DNA of 64,000 nucleotides from Kiritimatiellia bacterium (GTDB lineage Bacteria; Verrucomicrobiota; Kiritimatiellia; RFP12; UBA1067): NCBI GenBank assembly GCA_045132115.1, contig JBGURT010000028.1, positions 2,293 to 66,292 of the forward strand, read 5' to 3'. Shown piece by piece: positions 18,085 to 28,156 of this stretch (position 1 is its first letter; each line of letters starts with the position of its first letter). The notes under the pieces were generated by a model. It saw only the letters and a program-made list of their open reading frames with translations, ran no database searches and was not told where the DNA came from. The position numbers and the translations under genes were made by a program.

Positions 18085-21000
18085 TTATTCGATATCGCTC
18101 CTTCTGGCGCCCACTCTCACGCGGTAGAACTTGCATGCTCCGCCTTTGGGTGCAAAAAGTTCTTTGTCGCCAAAATCGGTCGCCTGCTTAGGCGTGGTAT
18201 TGCCGCTTGTGCCGCCGATGTCGCCGCCTTCAAGAGCGTCGCCATACTTGACGCCATACCACAAACCTGGAATGGCCTTTACGGTGAGTTGGCCCTCATC
18301 GATGCTGCTTCCCTCGTCGATAGCGGGCTTTACGTCCACATCGTTTACTTTGCCATTTTCATCAAGGGCAAGCGACAAGTCAGCAGAGACCGTGAAAGCA
18401 CCGGTAATATCGTTGCCGCCGTACTTCACCTTCACCTGCTCCGCTGAAACAGGCGCGGTACCGGCGTCGATAAATTTTACTGTAGGCGCCACCACAATCG
18501 TGCCGGTAAAATCGTTGGCTACCGGCACCTCCACAGATTCCTGTTCAGGCTCTGTGACTACAGTCACCACCTCGTTCTCGCCCTCTCCTTCGGTTTCGAT
18601 CTGCGCCTTAACATACAAGCCATCGCCATCTTCACCTTTATTGCGGCGTTCCAATTGCACGTTCTGAAGAACTCCGCCAACCTTCACATTGGTTACCTTC
18701 ACTCCTTCATCCTGCGAGCCGCCAATTGCCAGCACTTTCGAGCCGGGTGTCACCGGCGTATTTGCCGGGAGCATCAGATCGGTGATGACTATCTTGGTGG
18801 CGTTCATGTTGTTGGTTACCGCACCTGCAAACCCTTCCGCGAGTTCGCCAATCGTAAACGACGTAAGATCATACGTTTTCGGCGAGAGGCTGATATTGCC
18901 GGAACCGGAAATCTTGGTAAAGGCGAAATTGCGCTCTGACATATCAGTCAAGACAAAGTCGCCGGCCAAGATTAGTTCGGCATTCAATGTGAAGCTTGTC
19001 CAATGCAAGCATCCGCCATTGATGCCATTGAGTTTCAACTTCGAATTGTTGTTGCAGTAATCGGTCAGCATTTGCCCGTTCGCCGTAAACTGCGGCAGTT
19101 CAACCGTGCCAGTCCAGCTTGCGGCCAATGGCATCGGCACTGACGGCATAGACGCATAAGCTACCGTCCCATCGCCAGCTATCGTGTTGGCAATGGCGCC
19201 GTCCGCCGCAACCGAAATCTGCTTGCCGGTTTCAACCGTCACCGCAGCGGTTCCGGAAAGCGCGCCGCCAATTGTGATGGTGCCGTCGTTATGATCGAAC
19301 TTGACCGCACCAGGTCCATCGATGGTCACGTCGCCCAGCACTATGTTGTTCCACTGGCGCTTGAAGGTCAACGTCACACCGTCATCAACGGTAATCGTGG
19401 CACCATCGAGCATTGACGGGTTGTTCTCTCCTGAGCTGAATATCACATTTCTTGCGACTCTGATCTTGTTCGCGTTCTCGGGCAGCGTCGCGCCGAAGTA
19501 GATGGTATCTACGCCGCTGCTCTTGTCGTCGATAATCACCGTTTCGCCTTCCAGCACAGTGGTCGGTTTGTCGTTGTCCAATACCACCACAAACGGGTTT
19601 TCTCCGCCCTCGCCCCAGAAACCGCTCTTGTAATGTACATCAGTGCGAACAGGCTCTTCCGGCTCAGGGAATTCATATCCGGCGATGTCGCCAGGCGTGA
19701 GCCACTTGTCCACAAACAATGCTACCGCCTCGATTTCAAGGTCAGTCCATGCGCCAAAGTTTGAATTGGACTGTGTTGAACCACCAATCGCCATGACGTT
19801 GATTTTGCGATTAGGCCAATTGAGATATCCTGCATTGCCACCTGCCAGACTGGCAATATCTTCACCCAAATAGAGCGCCGTGCCTTTGCCGGTAGTTGCT
19901 TCAAACGCAAAAAGCATATACGCTTCTTTATTCTCAGGAAGCGTGGGCGGTGGTGTTGAAAAGCCGTAACTATAGTAGCCACTCGTAACAACATCACCAT
20001 TATTTTTATTAAGATATCCACCGATAAACGAATTGTCGCCGGCTGTCGTACAGATTGGTGCCATTGGGTTGTTGTCCGAATCAAGGACACCTGCAATGGC
20101 CGCGTTTGCCATCGGCGCACCACCTTGTGGCGTTTTGCATTTAACGAGCAAGGATGCGTTGGTGTATGTACCTGACGGTAACTCGATCGTAACACCCTTT
20201 ATTGCGCCACTTCCAATGACGATATTACCATCGCTATTGATGGTGTTGTTATTTAGCGTGATAGAGTACCCGCCATGGTCACTCGCATAATCCTCAAACG
20301 CCCAGCTTACCCATGTGGTCGTCGGCTGAGGGCCGGAGTATCCAGCGTTCAAAGACTTCGCATATAGAATGCCGTCTTCCACCTGCAACTCATAACCTTC
20401 AAGCCCTGTTAGTGTCGCGGAATCGACACCCGTAAATGAGTCGGCGGACATGAGCGCGATCGAATCGGTCGCTTCATCAGACAGAGTGACGGCGATGGTG
20501 CTGCCAGCGAGATTTACCTCACCGCTTACAGTAACCACCGCAGCGGCCGAAGCAGACTTCTCGATGCTGATGGTGTTGTTCGTGAATACGAGGCTCGCCG
20601 CCGTCACCGCCGAAGTCGGCTTGAGGGCGAGCGTCGTCCCCGTCCCCTCCGCGGTGATCGCGCCGTTAAGCGTGCCGCTGACGGTAATCGTTTGGTTGCC
20701 GCCCAAATACATTCCGCCGCCAATCTTCCATGTCTTGCCGGACGATATAATGGCATCATAATCTGAACAAATGTAAAGGCGCCCATTGTCAGTTGTTGTC
20801 TCCGGCACGGCATTGCCGATAACAAGCGTCTTTGAAGAAAGATCCATCGAACCAGTAAATTCGCCGATGTTTCGTAACACCACTTTTTCGGTTTTGTATG
20901 TTCCAGTACCGCTTACCTTCAATGTGCCCGACCCGAAAATCTTATCAACAAAATTAGTCCTGCTGCCATAGCCGTTGTTCCAGTTGAACGCGACGCCGCC

Positions 21001-23640
21001 TTCAGGGTCTACAAGTTCTATCGGTACATTTGCCACATCTCCCCACATTAAGCTACCGGTATTGCCGTTCATTTTTATGAACGACTGCGAATTTCCAAGG
21101 TTGTCAACCGTTATATGATTGTCCGCACCCGTAACAACCACGGTGCCACGCCACTTGCTAGAATTCTGAAGATCAGCTTTAGTTAGGTAATTAACCGCTG
21201 AGTAATTGATAACCGACGAAAGAGTTACTCCGCTGTCAATAGTTACATTCGCCGAAGGCTTGAGTTCGCCAATCGAAGCTACCTCGCTGTTAACAGTAAA
21301 AGGAGTTTCGTTGGCTAAACTTTCAATTGACACTTTATACCCATCACTCCACATGTCCTCAAACTTGAAAGTACCAGAACCAATCACTACAACCTTGTTC
21401 AATGAAATATTGCTATCAATATAAACCTTCGTGTTTCCGCTATGATTAAACACTACATATTTATCTTCTTCGATCGGTACACGCTTCTTTGACCAACACG
21501 ATACGTCAGAATACATACCATAGACAGAAGCTGTCCAAACATTGGCAGCAGCCTCGCTTATATATGATCCACCCGAAGTGCTATATGCAACCTCTTCGCC
21601 ATCCTCGTTCTCGAATCTGAGCGTTGCGTTGCCGTTAAGAGTAATCGTGCTTGCCGTGTAGCCCAACGATTCCTGCTCTTCAGTCAAAACGAGAACTATC
21701 GTCGCGCCATCTTGCGCAACGACATCTCCTTCCGTTCCCGCCGCGAAGGTACGCGTTACCCCGCCCGGCACATTCTCCGGCACTCCGGAAGCGACGAGGC
21801 GAAGTTCCAAATCTTTGTAGGTCGTCTCGCCAGTGGAGTTGGTCGCCTTGAGCGTAAGGATCATGCGCTGACCAGCCCACTTGGAAGCAACTTCGGTAGC
21901 GTCGATATTGATAGAGAAGCTGCCGTTGCCGTTGTCCACAACCTCGACCGTCTCCTGCGACAATACGCTTTGGTGGCTCGGGAACGCCTCAAGCGTCGCA
22001 ACATTCTGGCACGCAACATCAATGATATTCCAACCCATCGCAATGTCGGTATAGAAGCCTTCCTGGATGAGGTCTGTTCCGCGCGGCGACATCGTAACCG
22101 TACCGATCACCGGCGATGCGGCAGGTGTGCCGATTGTTGTTGTCGCGGTCTGCGTAATCGCCGCAGAACCATCACTCATGATGGGAGCGACTGTAAAGGC
22201 ATAAACCTCATCTTGTTCTAGGCCGGTAAAAGTCTTTGTTTGCACAGCAACATCGTTGATAGTCTCTGGCTCTCCAACCGTCTCAAAGGTCTTCACGTTA
22301 GAGATGGAAATGTAATCCAGACTCAATTTGGCTTTTGAATCCACATAATTGCCGCCATTTGTATATTCAGCCGCAACTCGAATCTGCATTATTTTGCCAG
22401 CATAATCGGACAAGGGAATCTCGACATTGAAATTCTGCCCCCATGTTTGATTGTAACTGCTAAGCTCAAATTTGTGGATTGTTTGCCATGCGCTGTCACC
22501 AACCTTAGCTTCGATTCTAGCCTCTATGCCTGCCATAAACGCACTGCTCAAATTATAAGACAAAACAGAATCCGCTGTGATTGCCAACTTGTCGTCGAAA
22601 GTGTAAATGGCAGAGACCGTTCCGTTCCAGGCACTCAAGAAACCATCTTCAACTCTCATTACGTTATTGTTGGAAGATCGTCCCTTGCCCCCATCATTGA
22701 AATTATCTTCCCATGTAGTTGTCCCCGCGCTCAACTTCTTCTTGGCAACCGTAAAGCCATCAATCTTGTTCGTGTAACAGTTGGGAAGATGCCAATTGAG
22801 CGTGACATTATTTCCGCTTATCGGGGCAATGGGTTCTATCTGCACCGACTTGATCGGGCGAAAGCCCACATGAACATTGTCTAAAGGGCTAGGGATACCA
22901 GACCCATAAGACTCTGTCGATCTAAGGTTATACCATCCGTCCGATCCGCCACCCCAACCGTAATTGAGCCAGATAAAATCTGCCGCCTCACCAACGCTAT
23001 TCGTTCCCGTGGCATAGCCAAGTCCAACCACCGCGTGATGAGGAACGCCGACTTGCACCGGCGAGCCAAATTCCAAGTCCGCACGAATGGCCGCCACCGC
23101 ATCATCATCGCCACCATTGGCATTAGGCTTGACCGTCCCTACATACTCAAACCATTCCATTGTGCCGGGTATTTGCTTCATGGCCTCGGCGCCTCCAGAA
23201 ACATATTGCATCTGCAAGAGCGACTGGCACATCAACGACAGACGCGCCGCTTCATGCTTCTGTTTTAGCGTAGCTCCGCTACCATATGAGGTGAGAAGAG
23301 AATCCCAATCGATTGGCACAGAGCCATCAAAGCGGATAACGCTATCGCTCTCGCCATTTACTTTATGCGAAGCGGTGTGAATCGCCTCAAGTCTCCAAGG
23401 CCACCGCCAAACCAGCAGTTCCTGCGATGAAGAAATTGCCTCGCAACCAGACAGCCAACTGCTGTGTGGTGTATACTGATTATACGGCTCTCCTTGAACC
23501 CAGTGCGCTTGCGTCAACGGGTGCACGACAATATTCGTGACCTCATCCGCAAACGCTCCGCCGGCTACAGCCGAAACCATCGCCACGACAGCAGAAAATC
23601 GAAAAATCGAAAAATCGAAAAATCGAAAAATCCTTTTCAT
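18085..23640 (-). CDS. giant secreted protein paralog: C10 peptidase-like domain + FN3-like + LamG-like + PATR repeats, C-terminal FY motif
   Basis: 1851 aa; signal peptide encoded partly by (GAAAAATC)n; C10 motifs (Cys in SGCEAISSSQ, His in VPHHAVVGLGY); ends GGACKFYRVRVGARRSDIE. Confidence 0.8.
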   Translation of the reverse strand: MKRIFRFFDFSIFRFSAVVAMVSAVAGGAFADEVTNIVVHPLTQAHWVQGEPYNQYTPHSSWLSGCEAISSSQELLVWRWPWRLEAIHTASHKVNGESDSVIRFDGSVPIDWDSLLTSYGSGATLKQKHEAARLSLMCQSLLQMQYVSGGAEAMKQIPGTMEWFEYVGTVKPNANGGDDDAVAAIRADLEFGSPVQVGVPHHAVVGLGYATGTNSVGEAADFIWLNYGWGGGSDGWYNLRSTESYGSGIPSPLDNVHVGFRPIKSVQIEPIAPISGNNVTLNWHLPNCYTNKIDGFTVAKKKLSAGTTTWEDNFNDGGKGRSSNNNVMRVEDGFLSAWNGTVSAIYTFDDKLAITADSVLSYNLSSAFMAGIEARIEAKVGDSAWQTIHKFELSSYNQTWGQNFNVEIPLSDYAGKIMQIRVAAEYTNGGNYVDSKAKLSLDYISISNVKTFETVGEPETINDVAVQTKTFTGLEQDEVYAFTVAPIMSDGSAAITQTATTTIGTPAASPVIGTVTMSPRGTDLIQEGFYTDIAMGWNIIDVACQNVATLEAFPSHQSVLSQETVEVVDNGNGSFSINIDATEVASKWAGQRMILTLKATNSTGETTYKDLELRLVASGVPENVPGGVTRTFAAGTEGDVVAQDGATIVLVLTEEQESLGYTASTITLNGNATLRFENEDGEEVAYSTSGGSYISEAAANVWTASVYGMYSDVSCWSKKRVPIEEDKYVVFNHSGNTKVYIDSNISLNKVVVIGSGTFKFEDMWSDGYKVSIESLANETPFTVNSEVASIGELKPSANVTIDSGVTLSSVINYSAVNYLTKADLQNSSKWRGTVVVTGADNHITVDNLGNSQSFIKMNGNTGSLMWGDVANVPIELVDPEGGVAFNWNNGYGSRTNFVDKIFGSGTLKVSGTGTYKTEKVVLRNIGEFTGSMDLSSKTLVIGNAVPETTTDNGRLYICSDYDAIISSGKTWKIGGGMYLGGNQTITVSGTLNGAITAEGTGTTLALKPTSAVTAASLVFTNNTISIEKSASAAAVVTVSGEVNLAGSTIAVTLSDEATDSIALMSADSFTGVDSATLTGLEGYELQVEDGILYAKSLNAGYSGPQPTTTWVSWAFEDYASDHGGYSITLNNNTINSDGNIVIGSGAIKGVTIELPSGTYTNASLLVKCKTPQGGAPMANAAIAGVLDSDNNPMAPICTTAGDNSFIGGYLNKNNGDVVTSGYYSYGFSTPPPTLPENKEAYMLFAFEATTGKGTALYLGEDIASLAGGNAGYLNWPNRKINVMAIGGSTQSNSNFGAWTDLEIEAVALFVDKWLTPGDIAGYEFPEPEEPVRTDVHYKSGFWGEGGENPFVVVLDNDKPTTVLEGETVIIDDKSSGVDTIYFGATLPENANKIRVARNVIFSSGENNPSMLDGATITVDDGVTLTFKRQWNNIVLGDVTIDGPGAVKFDHNDGTITIGGALSGTAAVTVETGKQISVAADGAIANTIAGDGTVAYASMPSVPMPLAASWTGTVELPQFTANGQMLTDYCNNNSKLKLNGINGGCLHWTSFTLNAELILAGDFVLTDMSERNFAFTKISGSGNISLSPKTYDLTSFTIGELAEGFAGAVTNNMNATKIVITDLMLPANTPVTPGSKVLAIGGSQDEGVKVTNVKVGGVLQNVQLERRNKGEDGDGLYVKAQIETEGEGENEVVTVVTEPEQESVEVPVANDFTGTIVVAPTVKFIDAGTAPVSAEQVKVKYGGNDITGAFTVSADLSLALDENGKVNDVDVKPAIDEGSSIDEGQLTVKAIPGLWYGVKYGDALEGGDIGGTSGNTTPKQATDFGDKELFAPKGGACKFYRVRVGARRSDIE

Positions 23641-23673
23641 GTTTCCGTTCCTTTCCTGGGTAGGGTGGAAATG

Positions 23674-25320
23674 CTATTCGTCCAATGCGCCTTTGTAAAC
23701 GCCGCGTTTTACCTTCATCGTTCCGGTGCGCTCCAAAGGATCGAACCGCACGTCGTACTTGCGCGGCTGCTTGTAGTCGGCGACGCTCGCGCGGCACACG
23801 CCCTGCGCGTACTCCACGATGAACGCCGCGACCTCCTCGCGCGTCATCGTCTTCTGCTTCAAGTGCGCCTTGACCGCGTCTTCGTCCGGCACGATGATCG
23901 CGCCGACATGTTCGCCCACATCGCCACCCACGTGATATCCAATCACGATCGCATCCTTGATCAGCGGCGCGTGTTCAAGCGCATGCTCGATTTCTTCCGG
24001 GTAGATGTTCTTGCCCTCGCGGTTGACGATGAGCGCCTTGGAGCGTCCGCAAATCTTGACATTGCCGTCGATTATCTTGACGATATCTCCCGTCTTGTAG
24101 AAGCCGTCTTCGTCGAACGCTGCGGCAGTCTGTTCCTCGTTGCGCCAATAGCCCTTCATGACATTGTCGCCCTTGACGAGCAGTTCGCCAGCTCCATTGT
24201 CGTCGAGTTCCCCTAGCTTCCACTCCATGCCGTCCAAAACGGGCCCCACCGTTCCCGGCACGAACCGTTCGGGGTCCGGGTACGCGACGCCGGGAGAACA
24301 TTCGGTGATGCCGTATCCCTCCAAGACGAAAAGCCCGATCTTCCTGAAACCCTCCAAAGTTTCGATCGCAGTAGGCGCGCCGCCGATTCCGATCAAGCGC
24401 ATCTTGCCGCCAAAACGCTCGACGATAAGTTTGGCGATGATCTTGCGCGAATAGTTGAACTTGAAAAGTCCGCTCGCCAGAACCGAACGGTTGATCTTCT
24501 GTTCGATGCGCCCGTAGAGTTTTTCCGCGAGAAGCGGCACCGCAAGGAGAATCGTTGGTTTCAGGTCGAGCATGTCCTCGGCGATCGTCCGCAAAGAACG
24601 CATGAACCCTACGCTCGCGCCCACCGTCATCGGCAGCAGGAAATTGCCCGTGAACGAAAACGCATGGAAGAGCGGCAATACGTTGAGAAACACGTCATCC
24701 GGGAGAAACTTGACGCGCTTCAACGTCTGCTCGGCGTTGGCGGTGAAGCACTTGTGCGTGAGCATCGCGCCTTTGGGCCGCCCGGTCGTGCCGGACGTAT
24801 AGATGAGCGATGCGAGGTCTTCCTCCTTGGGGCCTACCGTCGCGAGCCACTCCTCCGCGAGCCGCGCCGCCTCGGGCTTGACCATGTCGATGACATCCGA
24901 AGGATTTTCGATCTTTACGATCGGGCAGGTGTCGGCTTCGTCGGCCGCCTCCACGATTACCGGGAGTTGCTTGTCGCCGCAGAAAATCGCCTTGGCTCCG
25001 CTGTCCTTCAAGATATGGTGCACTTCGCCCGCACGGAGTTTGGGATCGATCGGCACCACCACGAATCCCGCGCCGGTTACCGCGAGATAGAGGACTTGCC
25101 AATCCGGCGAGTTCTCCATCATGATCGCGACGCGCGGTTTGACGCCGTCTGCATCCGGCTCGCCAAGGTTGAGCCGCCTTACCACCGCCGCCGCGCGCAG
25201 CATGCGCTCGTAGGTTTGGCGATACGTGCGCGTCGCCCACGCCTTGCCGTCGTGAAAGCGCTGGAACACCGCGTCTGGAGTGGCTCTTACTGCATTCTCG
25301 AAAGTTTCTCGTATCGTCAT
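23674..25320 (-). CDS. long-chain fatty-acid--CoA ligase (AMP-dependent synthetase/ligase)
   Basis: 548 aa; AMP-binding motif LIYTSGTTGRPKGAMLTH; YGITE; GDIVKIIDGNVKICGRSKALI. Confidence 0.85.
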   Translation of the reverse strand: MTIRETFENAVRATPDAVFQRFHDGKAWATRTYRQTYERMLRAAAVVRRLNLGEPDADGVKPRVAIMMENSPDWQVLYLAVTGAGFVVVPIDPKLRAGEVHHILKDSGAKAIFCGDKQLPVIVEAADEADTCPIVKIENPSDVIDMVKPEAARLAEEWLATVGPKEEDLASLIYTSGTTGRPKGAMLTHKCFTANAEQTLKRVKFLPDDVFLNVLPLFHAFSFTGNFLLPMTVGASVGFMRSLRTIAEDMLDLKPTILLAVPLLAEKLYGRIEQKINRSVLASGLFKFNYSRKIIAKLIVERFGGKMRLIGIGGAPTAIETLEGFRKIGLFVLEGYGITECSPGVAYPDPERFVPGTVGPVLDGMEWKLGELDDNGAGELLVKGDNVMKGYWRNEEQTAAAFDEDGFYKTGDIVKIIDGNVKICGRSKALIVNREGKNIYPEEIEHALEHAPLIKDAIVIGYHVGGDVGEHVGAIIVPDEDAVKAHLKQKTMTREEVAAFIVEYAQGVCRASVADYKQPRKYDVRFDPLERTGTMKVKRGVYKGALDE

Positions 25321-26606
25321 CTCACTTCCTCCTTGGTGTGGTCGAGCCTGCTCTTCTCGCCCGCAAATCCCATCAAATGCGACTCCACGCTCTCGTCGAT
25401 CGACGAGGTGAGGTAGCTCGCGTCGTTCCGGTCCACGGCGAGCAGCAAATCGCGGATGAGCGCGAGATCGCCGCCGGCATGACCGCTGTCATGGTAATTC
25501 TTGAGTTCGCTCACCTCGAAATCCCACTTCAATTCGCGCCCCGTGCGGAACTGGTGGACGGTGAAAGTCTTGCCGTCGCCCTCGATGTAGCCCAATGTCC
25601 CCATGACCCGCGTCTTGCGTCCGCCCCACGGCGTGAACGCATCCATCGTGAAACTCGCCGTGACGCCGCCCTCGAACTCGAGCGTGTGCACGAGATGGTC
25701 GGGCTGGTCGTTATCCATCCGGTAAGCGCAACGCCCGTAGTCGGTCGTGCGCAACTTCTCCATGATTTCCTCCTTGGGACAATCGCGCTTCAAATCGAAG
25801 ACATACAAAAACCACCGCTTGCGCTCGTAGATGTCTATCGCCGAGTATGGACATGTCGCCTCGTGCGGACAGCCGTCCGTGCAGCGCGCCGGCGCGCCCT
25901 CCGGCATCTTGTCGCGCCTGAAAAGATAAAGCCCGCCGGCGGTCGATATCCGCTCGCACCGCCGCCCTACTATCCACTTCAAGATATCGAGATCGTGGCA
26001 TGTCTTCGCGAGAATCATGGGTGTCGTCGCCTTGGAGTCGTGCCAATTGCCGCGCACGAACGAATGCGCCATGTGCGCATACATGACCGGCTCCATGTGC
26101 TGGATGTTCACGAGTTCGCCGATAAGCCCGTCGTCGATCGCTTTCTTTAGCGCGATGAAATACGGCGCATACCTGAGCACGTGGCCAACCGCGACCATCA
26201 CTCCGGTTTCGTGCTGACGCTCCCTGAGACCTATGCACTCTTCCGCCGTCCGCGCCATCGGTTTTTCCAGCAAAAGATGATACCCTTGCCGCATCGCTTC
26301 CATCGCCGGTTCGTAGTGGAGGTCGTCCGGCAGCCCGATTATCATTATGTCCGCCTGTTTCCCCGCCGCGAGCATTTCATGGAAATCGCCGAATCGCTTC
26401 CCGGGCGGAATTCCCCACTCGTCGCCCATGGCGTCCGCACGCGATTTGTTGATGTCGGAGACCGCCACGACGCGCATCGTGCCGGGGAACAGTTTGCCGT
26501 AGGCGCTGTATTCGCGTCCGCGGCTGCCGGCGCCCATGACCGCGACCGTCAGCTCGCGCGTCGTCTCGATCTTGAGAGGTTTTGCAGGATATTCAAGCGT
26601 TTCCAT
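25317..26606 (-). CDS. Gfo/Idh/MocA family oxidoreductase
   Basis: 429 aa; N-terminal Rossmann VAVMGAGSRGREYS, LLEKPMA motif; C-terminal GFO_IDH_MocA_C-like. Confidence 0.75.
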   Translation of the reverse strand: METLEYPAKPLKIETTRELTVAVMGAGSRGREYSAYGKLFPGTMRVVAVSDINKSRADAMGDEWGIPPGKRFGDFHEMLAAGKQADIMIIGLPDDLHYEPAMEAMRQGYHLLLEKPMARTAEECIGLRERQHETGVMVAVGHVLRYAPYFIALKKAIDDGLIGELVNIQHMEPVMYAHMAHSFVRGNWHDSKATTPMILAKTCHDLDILKWIVGRRCERISTAGGLYLFRRDKMPEGAPARCTDGCPHEATCPYSAIDIYERKRWFLYVFDLKRDCPKEEIMEKLRTTDYGRCAYRMDNDQPDHLVHTLEFEGGVTASFTMDAFTPWGGRKTRVMGTLGYIEGDGKTFTVHQFRTGRELKWDFEVSELKNYHDSGHAGGDLALIRDLLLAVDRNDASYLTSSIDESVESHLMGFAGEKSRLDHTKEEVR

Positions 26607-27912
26607 TCGCTGGTTTCTTCTCCATTTGCGCAGGGGCGGCGGCTTTGTCGGCGTTTTTGACGCCTAGTTCTTTGAGGTCGTTGAGGCGTTTTACGATATT
26701 GCCCGGTCCTCCCCCAAGCTGGCCCGCCGCCTTGTTGTATTCGTCAATGAGCCTCCCGATGTTCTTGCCGATTCCATCGAAGCTCTCCTTGAAGTTGATG
26801 AACTTTTCTATGAGCGCTTCCGCCGCCGCCGTGATCTTGTGCGCCTTCGCATCCGCATTGTCCAGCGCCCACATCTGTTCGACAAGCTCCAGCACCGGCA
26901 GAAGCGTAACGGAATTCACCATCACCACATCGTTTTCGCGCGCATAGTCCCTCAAGAGTTTCTTCTCGCCGCCAACGGCGATTTCCGCTTTCATCGCGAT
27001 GAGGTAGACTTCCTCGAAGGGAATGTACATGAGCGTATCCTTGAACGCGCCCTTCAGGTTCTTGGCGTAATTCGCCTGCGCGATTTCCTTGATGTGCGAC
27101 TTGATAGACTCCACAATGCGCTTCAAGGGTTCGTCCTTCATCCCTTCATCCGCCGCCGCATATTCCACGAACGCCTCCATCGTGGTTTTGGAATCGATCA
27201 CGATCTTCCGCTCGCCCGGCAACTTGACGCACACGTCCATGCGCAGATTCTTGCGGTCTTCGCCCTCTCCCGCCATCGTCTCCTGATAAGTGTAGTCCAC
27301 ATTCTCCACCAGTCCCGCGAGCTCGATCACACGCCGCAACTGCACTTCTCCCCATGCGCCCGTTACCTGCGCCTGGCCGCGGATCGCCCGCGCGAGTTCG
27401 TTCGCCCGCTCAGACACGCTGTTCGTGTCCGCGACAAGCTTTGCGATGCGCTCGTCCAGTTTGCCCGCGCGGGTCGCGTCTTCGCTGTTCACCTCGTCCA
27501 CGCGCTTGCGGAATTTCTCGATCTCGCTTTTGAGCGGATCCAATATCTTCGCGATCGCTTCTCCGCCCTCGGACTTCAACTTTTCGCTGCGCTCGGCAAG
27601 AACCGACTCCGACAGCACCTTGAACTGCGACTCCGTCGTGTCGCGCAGCATCTTGAAGCGGAGCTCGAAATCGTTGATGAGTTTCTTCGCCGCCTGGCGC
27701 TCCTCCTCCGCGTGCACGCGGTCGAGTTCAAGATCGTTCGCGCGCTTGCGCTCGGTCGCGACGAGGATGTGCGCCTCAGCGAGTTTCGCGTTCAGGTCCG
27801 CGACGATCCGGTCGCTGATGCGTTGGCTCGCCGCCTGCTGATGCACAAGAACCGCCAGCAGGATCACCACCAACAGCGCGAATATCCCTACAACTATTCC
27901 GGTCAGCAACAT
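26593..27912 (-). CDS. rmuC: DNA recombination protein RmuC
   Basis: ORF 26593..27978; likely start MLLTGIVVG (ATG 27912, SD AAGGAGG 9 nt upstream); N-terminal TM helix, long coiled coil, RmuC C-terminal domain. Confidence 0.8.
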   Translation of the reverse strand: MLLTGIVVGIFALLVVILLAVLVHQQAASQRISDRIVADLNAKLAEAHILVATERKRANDLELDRVHAEEERQAAKKLINDFELRFKMLRDTTESQFKVLSESVLAERSEKLKSEGGEAIAKILDPLKSEIEKFRKRVDEVNSEDATRAGKLDERIAKLVADTNSVSERANELARAIRGQAQVTGAWGEVQLRRVIELAGLVENVDYTYQETMAGEGEDRKNLRMDVCVKLPGERKIVIDSKTTMEAFVEYAAADEGMKDEPLKRIVESIKSHIKEIAQANYAKNLKGAFKDTLMYIPFEEVYLIAMKAEIAVGGEKKLLRDYARENDVVMVNSVTLLPVLELVEQMWALDNADAKAHKITAAAEALIEKFINFKESFDGIGKNIGRLIDEYNKAAGQLGGGPGNIVKRLNDLKELGVKNADKAAAPAQMEKKPANGNA

Positions 27913-27941
27913 ACCCTCAGCCCTCCTTGTCCTCCGGAGCT

Positions 27942-28019
27942 TCAGCGAAGGAGGAAGCCCTCGGCGCAATATCCGCATGTCGCTTTCTCGGCGGCAAATT
28001 CAACTTCTCTCTGGTCCAT
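27942..28019 (-). CDS. possible 25-aa upstream small ORF (MDQREVEFAAEKATCGYCAEGFLLR) with strong SD
   Basis: AAGGAG 8 nt upstream of ATG at 28019-28017; ends just before rmuC SD; not in ORF track (<60 aa). Confidence 0.25.
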   Translation of the reverse strand: MDQREVEFAAEKATCGYCAEGFLLR

Positions 28020-28039
28020 GTCCAGTATTCTCCTTATAG

Positions 28040-28085
28040 TATTGCGGGTAGCCAAGCGCAAATGCCGCCCCAGCGATCGCCGAGA
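28040..28085 (-). promoter_or_regulatory. sigma70 promoter upstream of rmuC: -35 TTGTGA, 17-nt spacer, extended -10 TGATATAAT
   Basis: Minus-strand gcTTGTGAttgcggcggatttttgaTATAATtacag. Confidence 0.5.
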
Positions 28086-28156
28086 CGCATAAGATTTAGC
28101 ATGCCTACACTGTAATTATATCAAAAATCCGCCGCAATCACAAGCAAATTCAATTG

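Noticed and set aside
23581-23640. Short tandem repeat considered as a CRISPR-like or minisatellite array
   Set aside because: Units are only 8 bp with no spacers, and they lie inside a coding region. It was interpreted instead as a possible slipped-strand repeat.
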